Below are positions 19,401 through 29,311 of a DNA stretch of 64,000 nucleotides, one piece after another. Position numbers and translations under genes: made by a program. Position 1 is the first letter of the stretch. The number at the start of each line of letters is the position of its first letter. The notes under the pieces are model-generated. The model saw nothing but the letters and a program-made list of their open reading frames with translations, was not told where the DNA came from and searched no databases. Source of the DNA: an uncultured Bacteroidia bacterium (GTDB lineage: Bacteria > Bacteroidota > Bacteroidia > NS11-12g > UBA9320); the NCBI GenBank assembly GCA_963924815.1, contig CAWURO010000013.1:46461-110460 (forward strand), written 5' to 3'.

Positions 19401-20137
19401 TTAATCCCAACTTTTTAGCCACTCTTTCATCTTCCATAATTTATAGTGCTGGTATGTTTGGAGACTATTTATTTAGTTCTGAAATACTTAGTGCAGATGA
19501 CAATGTAGCGAATAATGAGTTGACTACCAATTATATGGTGATACGCCGCAATGATGTTGCTATAGTAAAGGTTAATTTTCCCTCAATTGGACAGGAATTT
19601 CCTAAAAATACGCTAATTAAACCTTCTGTAACCATTGCAAACATGGGTATTAACAACCTGAGCGACATCACCGTACACTGCAGGGCTTTTGATGAAACTT
19701 CTACAGTTTATGAGAGCACGCAGGTTATTAGTGTGAGCGCTGGTGAGTCTATTCAAGTTAACTTTGATAGTACTTTAACCTACGATAAAAAGGGAATACT
19801 AGATCTAGCATTTAGTGTTTCGCATACCGCTGATCAACTTATAAACAACGATTCGGCTAGTACTTACATCACATTCGTAAGTGGGGCAGAGGTAGTAGTA
19901 GTAATTCCTATAATTACTAAGATTTATCCAAATCCATTTACGCACTCCATTCACATAGAAAGTAAAGAGTTGATTAAAAACGTACGCGTATTGAGCATTA
20001 CAGGTCAAGAAGTAATGAATATGAAAATGAATACGCAAAACGTTGAGGTAGAACTTCCGCTTGCCAAAGGCGAGTACATGTTAGAGGTGTATTATGATGC
20101 GCATGTTGAGCGTATTCCAATTCTTAAAAACGACTAG
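16415..20137 (+). CDS. Large secreted protein with seven CARDB-like modules and a T9SS C-terminal sorting domain
   Basis: 1240 aa with a signal peptide. Modules begin at (N/D/H)D(L/I/V)(A/G/M)(V/I/L), at residues about 223, 483, 597, 710, 821, 933 and 1046. Each has an internal …N.G… motif (ANYGKS, INYGFQ, DNYGAT, KNEGLN, RNNGFN, TNYGLD, ANMGIN). The C-terminus has IYPNPF…GEYMLEV. Confidence 0.75.
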   Translation: MLQRSLYTAVFTLMLLWSSAQYTQIGSGGFSNTNFGPLRTDTSVNYYSRFAMIYPAATLGDLTHGDQLAALAFSHNSFDTMRGTGQLKIYLKSTSQSDFGTGALNWLAEARNGMTLVYSGDPNGLINPSPSDVLFKFNQVNQYTWDTSGNAINFEVLVEYQQTTKQDGYIDWFCENSSTVSGFVSPNENKYRYGSSVAGLDSLTNFSSIIKPTLSLFYPRYNHDLAVKRAYALGTVPLLMRQPDSLKVVIANYGKSTVTNKKLFLKVSGANIYNDTITVASIDPFEEKFVYFNTYQPKLLGTDSLLITAELDSSLNNNTISKESVVSYNIYSHADPFAGSSGGIGFTGSTGDFLAKFYVLGTSFINQIKVDFTAVGREFQLGVWNDDGPGQLPGTVLFMSDTSLTSNGTFIMSVLPKVQVSGGYYVGIRQTTNTNVGFSFQYETPVRPHSFYFTAPAGDSIWTPFFPGFNFNFKIQPRLQVANDIAIFNIISPANGDTIEYSLTDSLPLKAKIINYGFQNQGSFIVRMQILNRFAQQVFSNDQIVSLNAHDTATVNFGKFSLYNLGQFTAKVTAFLSTDSILDNNSKASVFDLIKNRDVGVNRIYFPANGEIFDLNRDTFQPTIRVDNYGATAINNFRVRGELLNSKGKILDSDEFTISLGANLNVIKTFKYMKLTEPGSILFRAYTILANDSFPANDTAQVTLIARKIDDIAIQNVTTPKAIKYPFNNKIKPYLNIKNEGLNRQDSILIVVKITNTDGIIIYRDTAFRSLAAISISQIIFKEIALNILGEYVFEANAYILKDQWRVNDTMRIPFSVVTGNDLMLVRLETPKGVIPVNTTASSPLLEIRNNGFNPIVDAKVTCEIINNLNSRIYLDSLSVSLDTSESKLISFSPLEFDDLGDYYVNIINNWPLEHEPGYNDTIYTTYSTRFSQDLGISAHLLPHNKDTLELNESLKPSIQVTNYGLDTMSNVRIAIALVNSAAIPVYLDTLSINQLNPNFLATLSSSIIYSAGMFGDYLFSSEILSADDNVANNELTTNYMVIRRNDVAIVKVNFPSIGQEFPKNTLIKPSVTIANMGINNLSDITVHCRAFDETSTVYESTQVISVSAGESIQVNFDSTLTYDKKGILDLAFSVSHTADQLINNDSASTYITFVSGAEVVVVIPIITKIYPNPFTHSIHIESKELIKNVRVLSITGQEVMNMKMNTQNVEVELPLAKGEYMLEVYYDAHVERIPILKND

Positions 20138-20148
20138 AAAATAAGCGG

Positions 20149-21834
20149 CTAATCTTCACATAAGATCAGACAATCATTAGAGATTTCTCGCATTACCAAT
20201 GTTGATTTGGTGCTAAGCCTAATGGTGTATTTCTGATTGCAAATTGCTCGTTGGTTGAATGGTATTGGAAATACTTCTTGTTCGCCTTTTAACGTGCCTT
20301 TAGACAAATGTTTCTTATACGGTAAAACACCTAAAAATTTCACCACGCTATATACATCAAAATGTACCACGTCTTTTGGTACTTTAAAGATAATTAGTCC
20401 GTTAGGATCTATTTTTACAATCCCAGAAACAACGTGTTTCGCTGTTTTCAATTGCTGTAGATTATACGCTGCGTCAAATTGTGCAACACCGTAACCCATA
20501 ATAGAATCGGGGTTTTGTGATTGTGATGCGGTTGATCTAATGAGTTGATTGATTTGTAAAGGGGTGAGTCCGGGAAATGCCTGAAGTAAACAGGCTACTC
20601 CTCCGGCAGCAACGGGAGTAGCATAACTGGTTCCATATCCTTGATAGTAATTGCCATTTGGGCTGCCAACATAGGTCAGCACACCACAAGCTACGACATC
20701 GGGTTTAATATCTCCTTTGGCATTGTATCCTTGACTGCTAAAACGGCCTACCTGATTATCAATACCAGCGGCACCTATGGTAAGCACCGTGGCGACATCT
20801 GCGGGAGTACCTATTTTTCGCCACAGATTATCGCCTTCATTTCCTGCACTATTCAGCACAAGAATTCCCTTTTCGACGGCTATTCTAGCGCCTAAGCTAA
20901 TGTAGGATGTAAAGCCATCTAAATCACTATGTCTATAACTAAGTGTGGTGTCATCAAACCTAAAATACCCGAGTGATGAAGTAATCATATCTACTCCGGC
21001 ACTATCAGATAGTTCGGCAGCTTTACACCAGTTTAACTCCTCTAATGGCGATTCGGTTGCTCCGTATTCTGTGCGAAAAAGGAACAGGTTAGCTAATGGG
21101 GCAGATCCCACATAATGGCCTAATTGATAAGCTCCTAGGCAGGAAGTTACTGCAGTACCATGATTGTCGGCATCGGTAAGAAGGTTATCTAACTGCGCAA
21201 CATCATAGCAAAATGTTAGCCTATCGTTGGCTTGATGTTTTAAAAAACCAGGTATGGCATTTAAATTTTTAAAACCAGCGTCAAAAACAGCCACGTCTAT
21301 ACCCTTCCCCGTATAACCTAAACGGTGTAAATAAGGAACCCCAATTTGTTTATTCTGTGCATAGGAAACGCCATAATCTTCTTTGGTATAACCATTTTCC
21401 TTCATCGTGGCATCCTTTAAGACTAGTCGTGGAGCATAAAAAAGTGGACCTTCAGAAGATTTTAAAGTTTGGGTTTCACCCACAAATTTAACAGCTCGTA
21501 CAAACGGCAAATCCGTTAAGTAATGCAATGAAGTTTTGGTGCAATTTACCACTATTGCATTATGCCATTTTAGCGCATAGCGCAATCGAATGGTTGTATC
21601 TTGGAGTATTACCGAAATGTAATTAGCCGAAACAGGCATATCGTACGAATCGATACTTAGATTAAATTTGGTGCGTCTTTCGAGTGCTTTTTCACTTAAA
21701 GTAGCGCGTATATTTGATTCACTTACCTTATCTGAAAATTGTATGAAGTAGGCATTGGTGTTTTGTGCCAATAGACCTTTACCTGTCACAGTTGCTAAAA
21801 TGAGTATGAGAATGCTACTCCCAATTCGTTTCAT
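20149..21834 (-). CDS. S8 family (subtilisin-like) serine peptidase
   Basis: Triad motifs VAVFDAGF, HGTAVTSC and GTSYATPVAAG. The start at 21834 (MKRIGSSILILIL…) is preferred because it gives a signal peptide; the track start is 21897. Confidence 0.85.
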   Translation of the reverse strand: MKRIGSSILILILATVTGKGLLAQNTNAYFIQFSDKVSESNIRATLSEKALERRTKFNLSIDSYDMPVSANYISVILQDTTIRLRYALKWHNAIVVNCTKTSLHYLTDLPFVRAVKFVGETQTLKSSEGPLFYAPRLVLKDATMKENGYTKEDYGVSYAQNKQIGVPYLHRLGYTGKGIDVAVFDAGFKNLNAIPGFLKHQANDRLTFCYDVAQLDNLLTDADNHGTAVTSCLGAYQLGHYVGSAPLANLFLFRTEYGATESPLEELNWCKAAELSDSAGVDMITSSLGYFRFDDTTLSYRHSDLDGFTSYISLGARIAVEKGILVLNSAGNEGDNLWRKIGTPADVATVLTIGAAGIDNQVGRFSSQGYNAKGDIKPDVVACGVLTYVGSPNGNYYQGYGTSYATPVAAGGVACLLQAFPGLTPLQINQLIRSTASQSQNPDSIMGYGVAQFDAAYNLQQLKTAKHVVSGIVKIDPNGLIIFKVPKDVVHFDVYSVVKFLGVLPYKKHLSKGTLKGEQEVFPIPFNQRAICNQKYTIRLSTKSTLVMREISNDCLILCED

Positions 21835-22486
21835 AAATAGTCTTAACATATTCCATTCCACTTTTATACTTGCCCGGTTGAGTTTCAATGTATGCATACT
21901 TTCGTTCTATAAGGCCTACACCTTCTGCATACACTTCGTTTTCTATATTCGTTAAAATAGGGTCTACTTGGTTGCTTAGTTCTAGCTGAACACTTTTAGC
22001 GAATTGCATTCCTAAAATAGTAGTCATACTTTTTTCTATATTCTTTATTTTGGCCAATTGTAAATCTTGATTGTTAAGTGCATTTACGTCCCATGTCTTC
22101 AGTTCACGAAAGGGAAAAGATAATATAGTCTTACGGGTATTGTTCTCAGTTCGAATAGCAGAATTGCTATCTTTTTCTACGATTGCATAAGAATCAAATC
22201 TCCAATTTTTGCCAGAATCTTTGGATATGCTTAATGCCATTTTATATACTAAAGAGCCTGAAATATCCGTAAAAGTATCTTCTAACAACTCTTTTTGCCA
22301 AAAGTATGTGGTGTCCGTTTCTTTTCGAAATGCGTCATGGGTATACTCGGTCACCAAATAAATAATGTATTTATCGATTTCGAGAGGGTAATAGCTTGGA
22401 CCAGACATAGCTATCGGTTCTTCAATGGAATTACATCCTAGCGTAAGCAGAAATGCACTAATTAGGAGGTATTTAATTTTTCTCAA
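21815..22486 (-). CDS. Hypothetical lipoprotein
   Basis: A TTG start at 22486 gives (M)RKIKYLLISAFLLTLGCNS with a lipobox. The ATG at 22615 adds 43 non-signal residues. Confidence 0.5.
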   Translation of the reverse strand: MRKIKYLLISAFLLTLGCNSIEEPIAMSGPSYYPLEIDKYIIYLVTEYTHDAFRKETDTTYFWQKELLEDTFTDISGSLVYKMALSISKDSGKNWRFDSYAIVEKDSNSAIRTENNTRKTILSFPFRELKTWDVNALNNQDLQLAKIKNIEKSMTTILGMQFAKSVQLELSNQVDPILTNIENEVYAEGVGLIERKYAYIETQPGKYKSGMEYVKTIYETNWE

Positions 22487-22656
22487 TATCAGATTGTTAT
22501 ATGGAGTTATCAGCAGTTCAAAAGTATTCGTATTCTTAGGTATATCAACATGAAAAAGTGAATTTAGTGTTGGGTATAAACAAGAATAGACGACGTATAA
22601 TGAACAAAAATACATTTAAGTTATAATCAACTCTTCACATTGGGAAGAATATTCTA

Positions 22657-22664
22657 TATTTTTG
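22657..22664 (+). promoter_or_regulatory. -7 promoter box TATTTTTG
   Basis: Exact TAnnTTTG, 7 nt upstream of the folD ATG. Confidence 0.4.
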
Positions 22665-22671
22665 ACCGCTC

Positions 22672-23553
22672 ATGACAACAATCTTAGATGGGAAATCCCT
22701 CGCATTAAAACTTAGAGGCGATATTAGAGCCGAAGTAGATTCACTACGTGCGAAAGGATTAAGATCCCCCCATCTTGCAGCTATACTGGTAGGTGAAGAT
22801 GGCGCAAGCAAAACTTACGTAAATAGTAAGGAGAAAGACTGTGAATATGTGGGTTTCTACTCAAGTGTTCATAGGCTTCCTGCAGATACTTCAGAAGCAG
22901 ATTTACAGAAGTTAATACAGTCTATTAATGAGAATGCGGATATCGACGGTCTTATTGTGCAGTTGCCACTTCCGAAACATATTGATGCGACTAAAATTAC
23001 GGAAGCAATCAATCCTGAAATAGATGTAGATGGTTTTCATACCATTAGTGTAGGTAAACTTACCAAGAATGAGGATACGTATATATCGGCAACTCCATTT
23101 GGTGTGATTAAATTATTAGAGGAATATGGCATTGAAACCAAAGGAAAACACTGTGTAGTAATAGGCAGAAGCAACATAGTGGGTAGACCCATGAGCATAT
23201 TAATGAGCCGCGGTGGTAATCCTGGTGAGTGCACCGTAACCCTTTGCCACAGATATACTAAAGATATTGCCATGTATACCCAAATGGCAGATATTGTAAT
23301 TGTAGCGGTAGGTATTCCGGAGTTTTTAAAAGGAGATATGATAAAACCTGGAGCCGTAGTAATTGATGTGGGAATTACCCGAGTAGATAGTGACAACGAA
23401 AAAGGCTATGAGCTTATGGGTGATGTAGATTATAACGCGGTAAAATCACAATGCAGCGCCATAACCCCTGTGCCAGGAGGTGTTGGCCCCATGACTAGAT
23501 ATGGTTTGCTTTTCAACACGCTTAAAAGCTATAAAAAGAAACAAGGTTTATGA
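22672..23553 (+). CDS. folD: Bifunctional methylenetetrahydrofolate dehydrogenase / methenyl-THF cyclohydrolase
   Basis: 293 aa with ILDGK…AAILVG.D.AS..YV..K…DG.IVQLPLP…PVPGGVGPMT. Confidence 0.93.
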   Translation: MTTILDGKSLALKLRGDIRAEVDSLRAKGLRSPHLAAILVGEDGASKTYVNSKEKDCEYVGFYSSVHRLPADTSEADLQKLIQSINENADIDGLIVQLPLPKHIDATKITEAINPEIDVDGFHTISVGKLTKNEDTYISATPFGVIKLLEEYGIETKGKHCVVIGRSNIVGRPMSILMSRGGNPGECTVTLCHRYTKDIAMYTQMADIVIVAVGIPEFLKGDMIKPGAVVIDVGITRVDSDNEKGYELMGDVDYNAVKSQCSAITPVPGGVGPMTRYGLLFNTLKSYKKKQGL

Positions 23554-24149
23554 AAGCATTCCCAGTGATGGAATATTTCTACTCTATTCAAGGTGAAGGA
23601 GTGTACACCGGTCAATCTGCCTTTTTTATTAGATTGGGTGGTTGTGACGTAGGCTGCGTATGGTGTGATGTAAAAGACAGTTGGGATGCTGATAAACATC
23701 CGTTGAAGTCCATCGATTTTTTACTTGAAGAAGCTTTAAGGTATCCAAGTAGAATCCTTATCCTTACGGGAGGAGAGCCTGCTATGTATGACTTAACTGT
23801 AATTACTATGGCATTTAAATACCAAGGTTTTCAGGTGCATATTGAAACCAGCGGAGCGTATGAGCTTAAAGGCCATTTTGACTGGGTAACCTTTTCACCC
23901 AAAAAATTTAAAGCACCGATTGCTTCGGCTGCTGCGCAGGCAAATGAACTTAAGATTGTGGTTTTTAATAAAAGCGATATCGCCTGGGCAGTAGAACATC
24001 AAAAAATGGTTCCAATCACCTGTAAACTATACCTGCAACCCGAGTGGGACAAGCGAGCAGTGACCGAAAAATTAATCTTTGACTACGTACTTCAAAATCC
24101 CAAGTGGTACATCAGCCTACAAACCCACAAGTATTTAGGGGTAGATTAG
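23550..24149 (+). CDS. queE: 7-carboxy-7-deazaguanine synthase (radical SAM)
   Basis: 199 aa with FYSIQGEG..TG..AFFIRLGGCDVGCVWCD. ATGA overlap with folD. Confidence 0.85.
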   Translation: MKAFPVMEYFYSIQGEGVYTGQSAFFIRLGGCDVGCVWCDVKDSWDADKHPLKSIDFLLEEALRYPSRILILTGGEPAMYDLTVITMAFKYQGFQVHIETSGAYELKGHFDWVTFSPKKFKAPIASAAAQANELKIVVFNKSDIAWAVEHQKMVPITCKLYLQPEWDKRAVTEKLIFDYVLQNPKWYISLQTHKYLGVD

Positions 24150-24162
24150 GGTGATTTTCACC

Positions 24163-25317
24163 TTATAACCAATGCAAGTGGTAATCTTTTATTTCTAGGT
24201 CTAAAGCAGCTTTGGTAACTCTAAGTGGCTTAAATGTATCTATCATTACCGCGAGTTCACCTGTTTCTTTTTTGCCAATACTTGCTTCAGCAGCTCCTGG
24301 AGTGGGCCCGTGAGGTATGCCACCTGGATGTAAGCTCATTTGGCCTGGTTCTACGTGTCCTTTACTCATAAACTGACCATCTACGTAATACATTACTTCG
24401 TCACTATCTATGTTGCTATGCCAATACGGCGCAGGTATGCTCAATGGGTGGTAGTCAAATAACCTAGGAACAAAACTGCACATCACAAAATTATGGCCTT
24501 CAAAGGTTTGGTGAATTGGAGGCGGCATATGTATACGTCCTGTTATAGGTTCAAAATCGTGAATGCTAAAGATAAATGGATAATGATAACCGTCCCAACC
24601 GATTAAACAAAATGGATGGTATTTATATGTATAAGGGTACAATTTATCCTCCTTTTTGGTTTTAATTAAGAATTCGCCTTCGGCTATTATGGTTTCTAAA
24701 TTTTCGGGTTGACGAATATCTCGCTCACAATAAGGAGAATGCTCTAATAATTGTCCACCTTTAGTAACGTATCGTTTAGGGTAGGTAATCGGACTGTGAC
24801 TTTCGGTAATGAGCAACTTATTGTCCTCAGTATCAAATTCCATTTGATAAATAACGCCTCTTGGTACCACTAAATAATCGCCATACTTAAATTTAAGTTG
24901 ACCGTAATTCGTTTTACACGTACCACTTCCTTTATGCACAAAAATAACCTCATCACTATCACCATTTTTATAGAAATAATCGGTCATGCTTTTACGAGGA
25001 CAAGCCATACATATCTGTAAGTCATTGTTTGTAAGCAGTATTACTCTACTTTCAAGGTAATCATCCTTTGGCGCCACATCAAAACTTTTGAAGCTTCGGT
25101 GCAACATTTCCATATCTCCAGCTAACTCAGGTTTAAGGCTAATAGGCTTATCTACTTTGATAATTGCGGTAGGAGGATAGTGGTGGTAAAGCAAACTATA
25201 GCTATTGCTAAAACCTTCGGTGCTAAAAAGTTCTTCTTTGTATAACTCGCCATCAGGTCTGCGATGTTGCGTGTGTCTTTTGGGCGGTATGCTTCCTAAT
25301 TTGTGGTAATGTGGCAT
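24163..25317 (-). CDS. hmgA: Homogentisate 1,2-dioxygenase
   Basis: 384 aa. The N-terminus MPHYHKLGSIPPKRHTQ and the cupin-like core are typical of Bacteroidota HmgA. Confidence 0.8.
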   Translation of the reverse strand: MPHYHKLGSIPPKRHTQHRRPDGELYKEELFSTEGFSNSYSLLYHHYPPTAIIKVDKPISLKPELAGDMEMLHRSFKSFDVAPKDDYLESRVILLTNNDLQICMACPRKSMTDYFYKNGDSDEVIFVHKGSGTCKTNYGQLKFKYGDYLVVPRGVIYQMEFDTEDNKLLITESHSPITYPKRYVTKGGQLLEHSPYCERDIRQPENLETIIAEGEFLIKTKKEDKLYPYTYKYHPFCLIGWDGYHYPFIFSIHDFEPITGRIHMPPPIHQTFEGHNFVMCSFVPRLFDYHPLSIPAPYWHSNIDSDEVMYYVDGQFMSKGHVEPGQMSLHPGGIPHGPTPGAAEASIGKKETGELAVMIDTFKPLRVTKAALDLEIKDYHLHWL

Positions 25318-25455
25318 CTTTGTGTTGTTGCTTGTGAGGCAAAGATAGGATTATGAGCAGATATCGTATAAAGGATAACAGTCATAATGTAATTTAGTGC
25401 GAAGACAGCTAACTGCACAGTCAAATACGCTCTTTACAAAAACCGTTCTATTTTG

Positions 25456-25463
25456 TACATTTG
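25456..25463 (+). promoter_or_regulatory. -7 promoter box TACATTTG
   Basis: Exact TAnnTTTG. It lies inside the track ORF N-terminus and 7 nt upstream of the TTG at 25471. Confidence 0.4.
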
Positions 25464-25470
25464 CCACACC

Positions 25471-26508
25471 TTGAAAAAAATACTTTTTATAGTACTATTA
25501 GGTCTAGTTGCAGAGTCTATGCTTTTTACAAGCTGCACTATTAGTAATGACTCAGTAAGCTTAGCCAACGATACCACACTTAGTTTAGAAGCCAGAGAGT
25601 GGAGTAAAAAAATAGACCAAACGCCTGACAATGCAGAGTATTATGTACTACGCGGTGAAGTACTCGTTAATGAAAAAAAATATGAATTAGCTATTAAGGA
25701 TTACCAAAAAGCCATAGAGCTACAACCTCAAGTAGTATCACATTATTATAAATTAGGAGATGTCCTTTTTGCGGCAGATAAAACTACCTTGGCGCTGGAG
25801 CAATACGTAAAAGCTGAAGAAGTAAATCCTAAGGATCAGGAAGCTATTTTTAAGCACGCAGAATTTCTTTATTTTGTTAGGCAATTTGATAAATCAAAAA
25901 TTAAATTCGGAAAACTACTAGCCGTAAACCCGCAGCATGCACAAGGCACTTTTTTTACAGCGATGTTAAATAAGGAGCAAGGAGATACTGCCTCTGCTAT
26001 TCAAAATTTTAAACAAACTATTTTATTATTGGGTTCTGATTACAATAGCGCTATGCAATTAGCACAGTTGTACTTAGCAATGGGCAATGGCGTAAAGGGA
26101 ATGGAATACCTCGATAATGCGATTACCATAGATCCTAGTAGTGATGAGGCACATTACGCTCGCGGTTTAGAATATCAAAATCGCGGTCAAACCGGGAAGG
26201 CTATGGACGATTACCAAAGTACCATAGATTTAAATGCGACACATTATTATGCTTACTACAATGCAGGTAACATTTTAGCTGAAGAAGGAAAATATATCGA
26301 AGCGCTTAATCACTTCGAAATCTGCGTAAAACTCAAAGAAGATTTTGCCAAAGGGTATAATAGAATGGGTCAATGTTTTGAACTACAAAAAAAGAATGAA
26401 CTTGCTATGCAAAATTATAATCGTTGTTTGCAAATAGACCCTAATTTTGCACTCGCTAAAGAGGGGCTTACCCGATTAGGCCAAATGAAGCAATACAAAA
26501 CATTCTAG
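25471..26508 (+). CDS. Tetratricopeptide-repeat lipoprotein
   Basis: A TTG start gives (M)KKILFIVLLGLVAESMLFTSC with a lipobox, followed by multiple 34-aa TPR units (…YY.LG….A...Y.KA.E..P…). Confidence 0.75.
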   Translation: MKKILFIVLLGLVAESMLFTSCTISNDSVSLANDTTLSLEAREWSKKIDQTPDNAEYYVLRGEVLVNEKKYELAIKDYQKAIELQPQVVSHYYKLGDVLFAADKTTLALEQYVKAEEVNPKDQEAIFKHAEFLYFVRQFDKSKIKFGKLLAVNPQHAQGTFFTAMLNKEQGDTASAIQNFKQTILLLGSDYNSAMQLAQLYLAMGNGVKGMEYLDNAITIDPSSDEAHYARGLEYQNRGQTGKAMDDYQSTIDLNATHYYAYYNAGNILAEEGKYIEALNHFEICVKLKEDFAKGYNRMGQCFELQKKNELAMQNYNRCLQIDPNFALAKEGLTRLGQMKQYKTF

Positions 26509-26520
26509 GATAACACTATT

Positions 26521-28452
26521 TTGAATATAAAAATAACATTGCCAGATGGTTCCGTTCGCGAAGTAGCGAAAGGTAGCTCGGCTTTAGACGTAGCAAAAAG
26601 CATTTCGGAAGGACTTGCACGCGTAATTATTAGTGCAAAAGTAAATAATGAAATATGGGACTTAACTAGACCTATACAAGAAGATGCCACGCTGAGCTTA
26701 CTCAAGTTTGAAGACATAGAAGGCAAAAAAACATTTTGGCATAGTAGTTCGCATTTGCTTGCAGAAGCGTTAGAAGCACTTTATCCTGGAGTAAAACTGG
26801 GTATAGGTCCTGCTATTGATGCAGGTTTCTATTACGACGTAGATTTTGGCGAGCATAGTTTCTCTTCTTCTGAATTTGAAAAAGTAGAAAAGAAAATGAT
26901 TGAGTTGGCTAAGACAGCTACTGCTTTTGAGCGCTCAGAAGTATCTAAAGCTGATGCTATTGCCTATTTTACGGAAAAAGGTGACGAGTATAAACTAGAC
27001 TTAATTTCAGGTTTAGAAGATGGCCAAATTACCTTTTACAAGCAAGGGAATTTTACAGACTTATGTCGTGGGCCACATATCCCCGATACATCTTCTATTA
27101 AGGCGGTAAAACTACTAAACGTAGCAGCGGCATACTGGAGAGGAGATGAGAAAAATAAATCGCTTACACGTATATATGGTGTTTCGTTTCCAAAAGCAGG
27201 AATGCTTACCGAGCATTTAGAATTGCTAGAAGAAGCCAAACGAAGAGATCATAGGAAACTGGGCAAAGAGATGGAGCTCTTCATGTTTAGTGATAAAGTA
27301 GGAGCTGGCTTGCCTATGTGGTTACCCAAAGGTGCTGCATTGCGTGAGCGTTTAGAGAATTTTATGCGCCAAGCGCAAATCGAGCGTGGCTATCACCAAG
27401 TAGTTACGCCGCATATTGGTAAAAAAGAATTATACGTTACTTCGGGGCATTATGAGAAATACGGCCAAGATTCTTTTCAACCTATTCGCACTCCGAATGA
27501 AGACGAAGAGTTCTTACTTAAGCCTATGAATTGCCCGCATCATTGCGAGATATTTAAGTTTAAACCAAAGAGCTATAGAGAGTTACCTTATCGTTTAGCT
27601 GAGTTTGGCACCGTTTATCGCTACGAACAAAGTGGTGAATTAAATGGCCTTACCCGTGTGCGAGGATTTACACAAGATGATGCTCATATTTTCTGCACCC
27701 CAGACCAATTAAAAGCAGAGTTTGTAGATGTAATAGATCTAGTAATGCATGTATTTAAAAAACTAGGTTTTGAGAAATTTACGGCTCAAATATCACTCAG
27801 AGATCCAGACAATAAAGAGAAATATATAGGAAGTGACGAAAACTGGGCGAAAGCAGAAGCTGCAATTATTGAAGCTACTGCTGAACGAAATATGGTAACG
27901 GTAACCGAATATGGCGAAGCTGCATTTTACGGGCCTAAGCTCGATTTTATGGTAAAAGATGCAATAGGAAGAAGCTGGCAATTGGGTACTATACAAGTAG
28001 ATTATAATTTGCCTGAACGTTTTGATTTAGATTATATCGGACCAGATAATGAGAAACATAGACCGGTAATGATACACCGTGCACCGTTTGGTAGTATGGA
28101 GAGATTTATCGGAATCTTGATCGAGCACACCGCAGGTAATTTCCCATTGTGGCTAAGTCCTGAACAAGTTGCTATTTTACCTATTTCAGAGAAGTATCAC
28201 GATTACGCAGATAAAGTTTTAAAATATCTAAGAAAAAACGATATTCGCGGCCTTGTTGATGAAAGAGCCGAGAAAATTGGCCGAAAAATCCGCGATGCTT
28301 GGGCTACCAAAATTCCTGTTATGATAATAGTAGGAGAGGAAGAGTCTGATAATGAAGAGGTTTCGGTTAGAATTCAAGGTGATGGAGATATAGGCAAGTT
28401 TAAGTTGCAAGATTTTGTGACTTATTTTAACACATTGTTAACAGAACAATAA
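26521..28452 (+). CDS. thrS: Threonine--tRNA ligase
   Basis: 643 aa. It has a TGS N-terminus ([10 protein letters not shown]), class II motifs and an anticodon-binding C-terminus. The start appears to be TTG. Confidence 0.93.
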   Translation: MNIKITLPDGSVREVAKGSSALDVAKSISEGLARVIISAKVNNEIWDLTRPIQEDATLSLLKFEDIEGKKTFWHSSSHLLAEALEALYPGVKLGIGPAIDAGFYYDVDFGEHSFSSSEFEKVEKKMIELAKTATAFERSEVSKADAIAYFTEKGDEYKLDLISGLEDGQITFYKQGNFTDLCRGPHIPDTSSIKAVKLLNVAAAYWRGDEKNKSLTRIYGVSFPKAGMLTEHLELLEEAKRRDHRKLGKEMELFMFSDKVGAGLPMWLPKGAALRERLENFMRQAQIERGYHQVVTPHIGKKELYVTSGHYEKYGQDSFQPIRTPNEDEEFLLKPMNCPHHCEIFKFKPKSYRELPYRLAEFGTVYRYEQSGELNGLTRVRGFTQDDAHIFCTPDQLKAEFVDVIDLVMHVFKKLGFEKFTAQISLRDPDNKEKYIGSDENWAKAEAAIIEATAERNMVTVTEYGEAAFYGPKLDFMVKDAIGRSWQLGTIQVDYNLPERFDLDYIGPDNEKHRPVMIHRAPFGSMERFIGILIEHTAGNFPLWLSPEQVAILPISEKYHDYADKVLKYLRKNDIRGLVDERAEKIGRKIRDAWATKIPVMIIVGEEESDNEEVSVRIQGDGDIGKFKLQDFVTYFNTLLTEQ

Positions 28453-28459
28453 ACAGTAT

Positions 28460-28993
28460 TTGAAGAAGAAAAAACCATTTAGGGGTAGAGTTAAAGATCC
28501 CCACAGAATTAATGAGTACATCATTGCTGATCCAGTTCGTCTGGTTGGTGATAATTTGGAACAAGGTGTATACCCTTTAGATGAAGCATTAAAAATAGCT
28601 GAAGAGCTAGAGCTTGATTTAGTGGAGGTTTCTCCTAAGGCTGATCCACCTGTTTGTAAAATAACCGATTACAGAAAGTTTCTGTATGACCAAAAGAAGA
28701 AAGCAAAAGAGCTTAAAGCTACCGCGGTTAAAACGGATATTAAAGAAATACGTTTTGGCCCAAATACGGACGAACACGACGTTAACTTTAAGTTGAAACA
28801 TGCTGAGAAATTTATCGAAGAAGGACACAAGGTGAGAGCTTATGTATTCTTCAGAGGTAGAACCATTATATACAAAGAACGTGGAGAGTTACTGCTATTA
28901 CAGTTTGCTGAAAAGCTTAACGAAGTAGCTAAACTTGAGCAATTGCCTAAGATGGAAGGCAAAAAAATGATTATAGTTTTAGCACCAAAATAA
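28460..28993 (+). CDS. infC: Translation initiation factor IF-3
   Basis: RINEYI.A..VRLVGDN… and the C-terminal domain …KEIRF.PNTDEHD…. The first possible start after the thrS stop is TTG; there is no in-frame ATG before the conserved core. Confidence 0.9.
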   Translation: MKKKKPFRGRVKDPHRINEYIIADPVRLVGDNLEQGVYPLDEALKIAEELELDLVEVSPKADPPVCKITDYRKFLYDQKKKAKELKATAVKTDIKEIRFGPNTDEHDVNFKLKHAEKFIEEGHKVRAYVFFRGRTIIYKERGELLLLQFAEKLNEVAKLEQLPKMEGKKMIIVLAPK

Positions 28994-29013
28994 ATTTAAA
29001 AAGAGAGAAACAG

Positions 29014-29214
29014 ATGCCAAAAATGAAAACCAACTCCAGTGCCAAGAAGAGATTCAGAATCACGGGAACAGGTAAAATCAAAAGAAAGCACGCTTTTAAG
29101 CGTCACATCTTAACTAAGAAGTCTAAGAAAAGAAAACTTGCTCTTAGACATAGCGGTTTAGTCCATAAAGCGGATTTAAGCAACGTTAAATTCTTATTAA
29201 GAATTGGAAAGTAA
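29014..29214 (+). CDS. rpmI: 50S ribosomal protein L35
   Basis: 66 aa, [14 protein letters not shown]…. Confidence 0.93.
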   Translation: MPKMKTNSSAKKRFRITGTGKIKRKHAFKRHILTKKSKKRKLALRHSGLVHKADLSNVKFLLRIGK

Positions 29215-29311
29215 AAGTTCTACAGGATAGAACATTGTACCATTATTCAGGCCTAATAAAGTGACTGACATAAAATTGTTAATCCGCCTAGTTTAAAAAG
29301 AAAAAAGAAAA

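Noticed and set aside
24141-24170. Small GGTGA/TCACC hairpin between the convergent queE and hmgA genes as a bidirectional terminator
   Set aside because: The stem is only 5 bp and overlaps both stop regions, with no flanking A or T tracts of useful length.
24163-25317. Isolated hmgA without neighbouring hppD, maiA or fahA as a sign of horizontal acquisition
   Set aside because: Scattered tyrosine-catabolism genes are common. There is no compositional break or mobility gene nearby to support acquisition.
26509-26520. T-box or other leader expected upstream of thrS
   Set aside because: Only 12 nt separate the preceding stop from the thrS start, so no leader RNA can fit.
29217-29233. Hairpin directly after the rpmI stop as a terminator or attenuator
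   Set aside because: It has only 6 bp and no U-run. rplT still needs read-through from the upstream genes. I kept it only as a note inside the thrS-infC finding.
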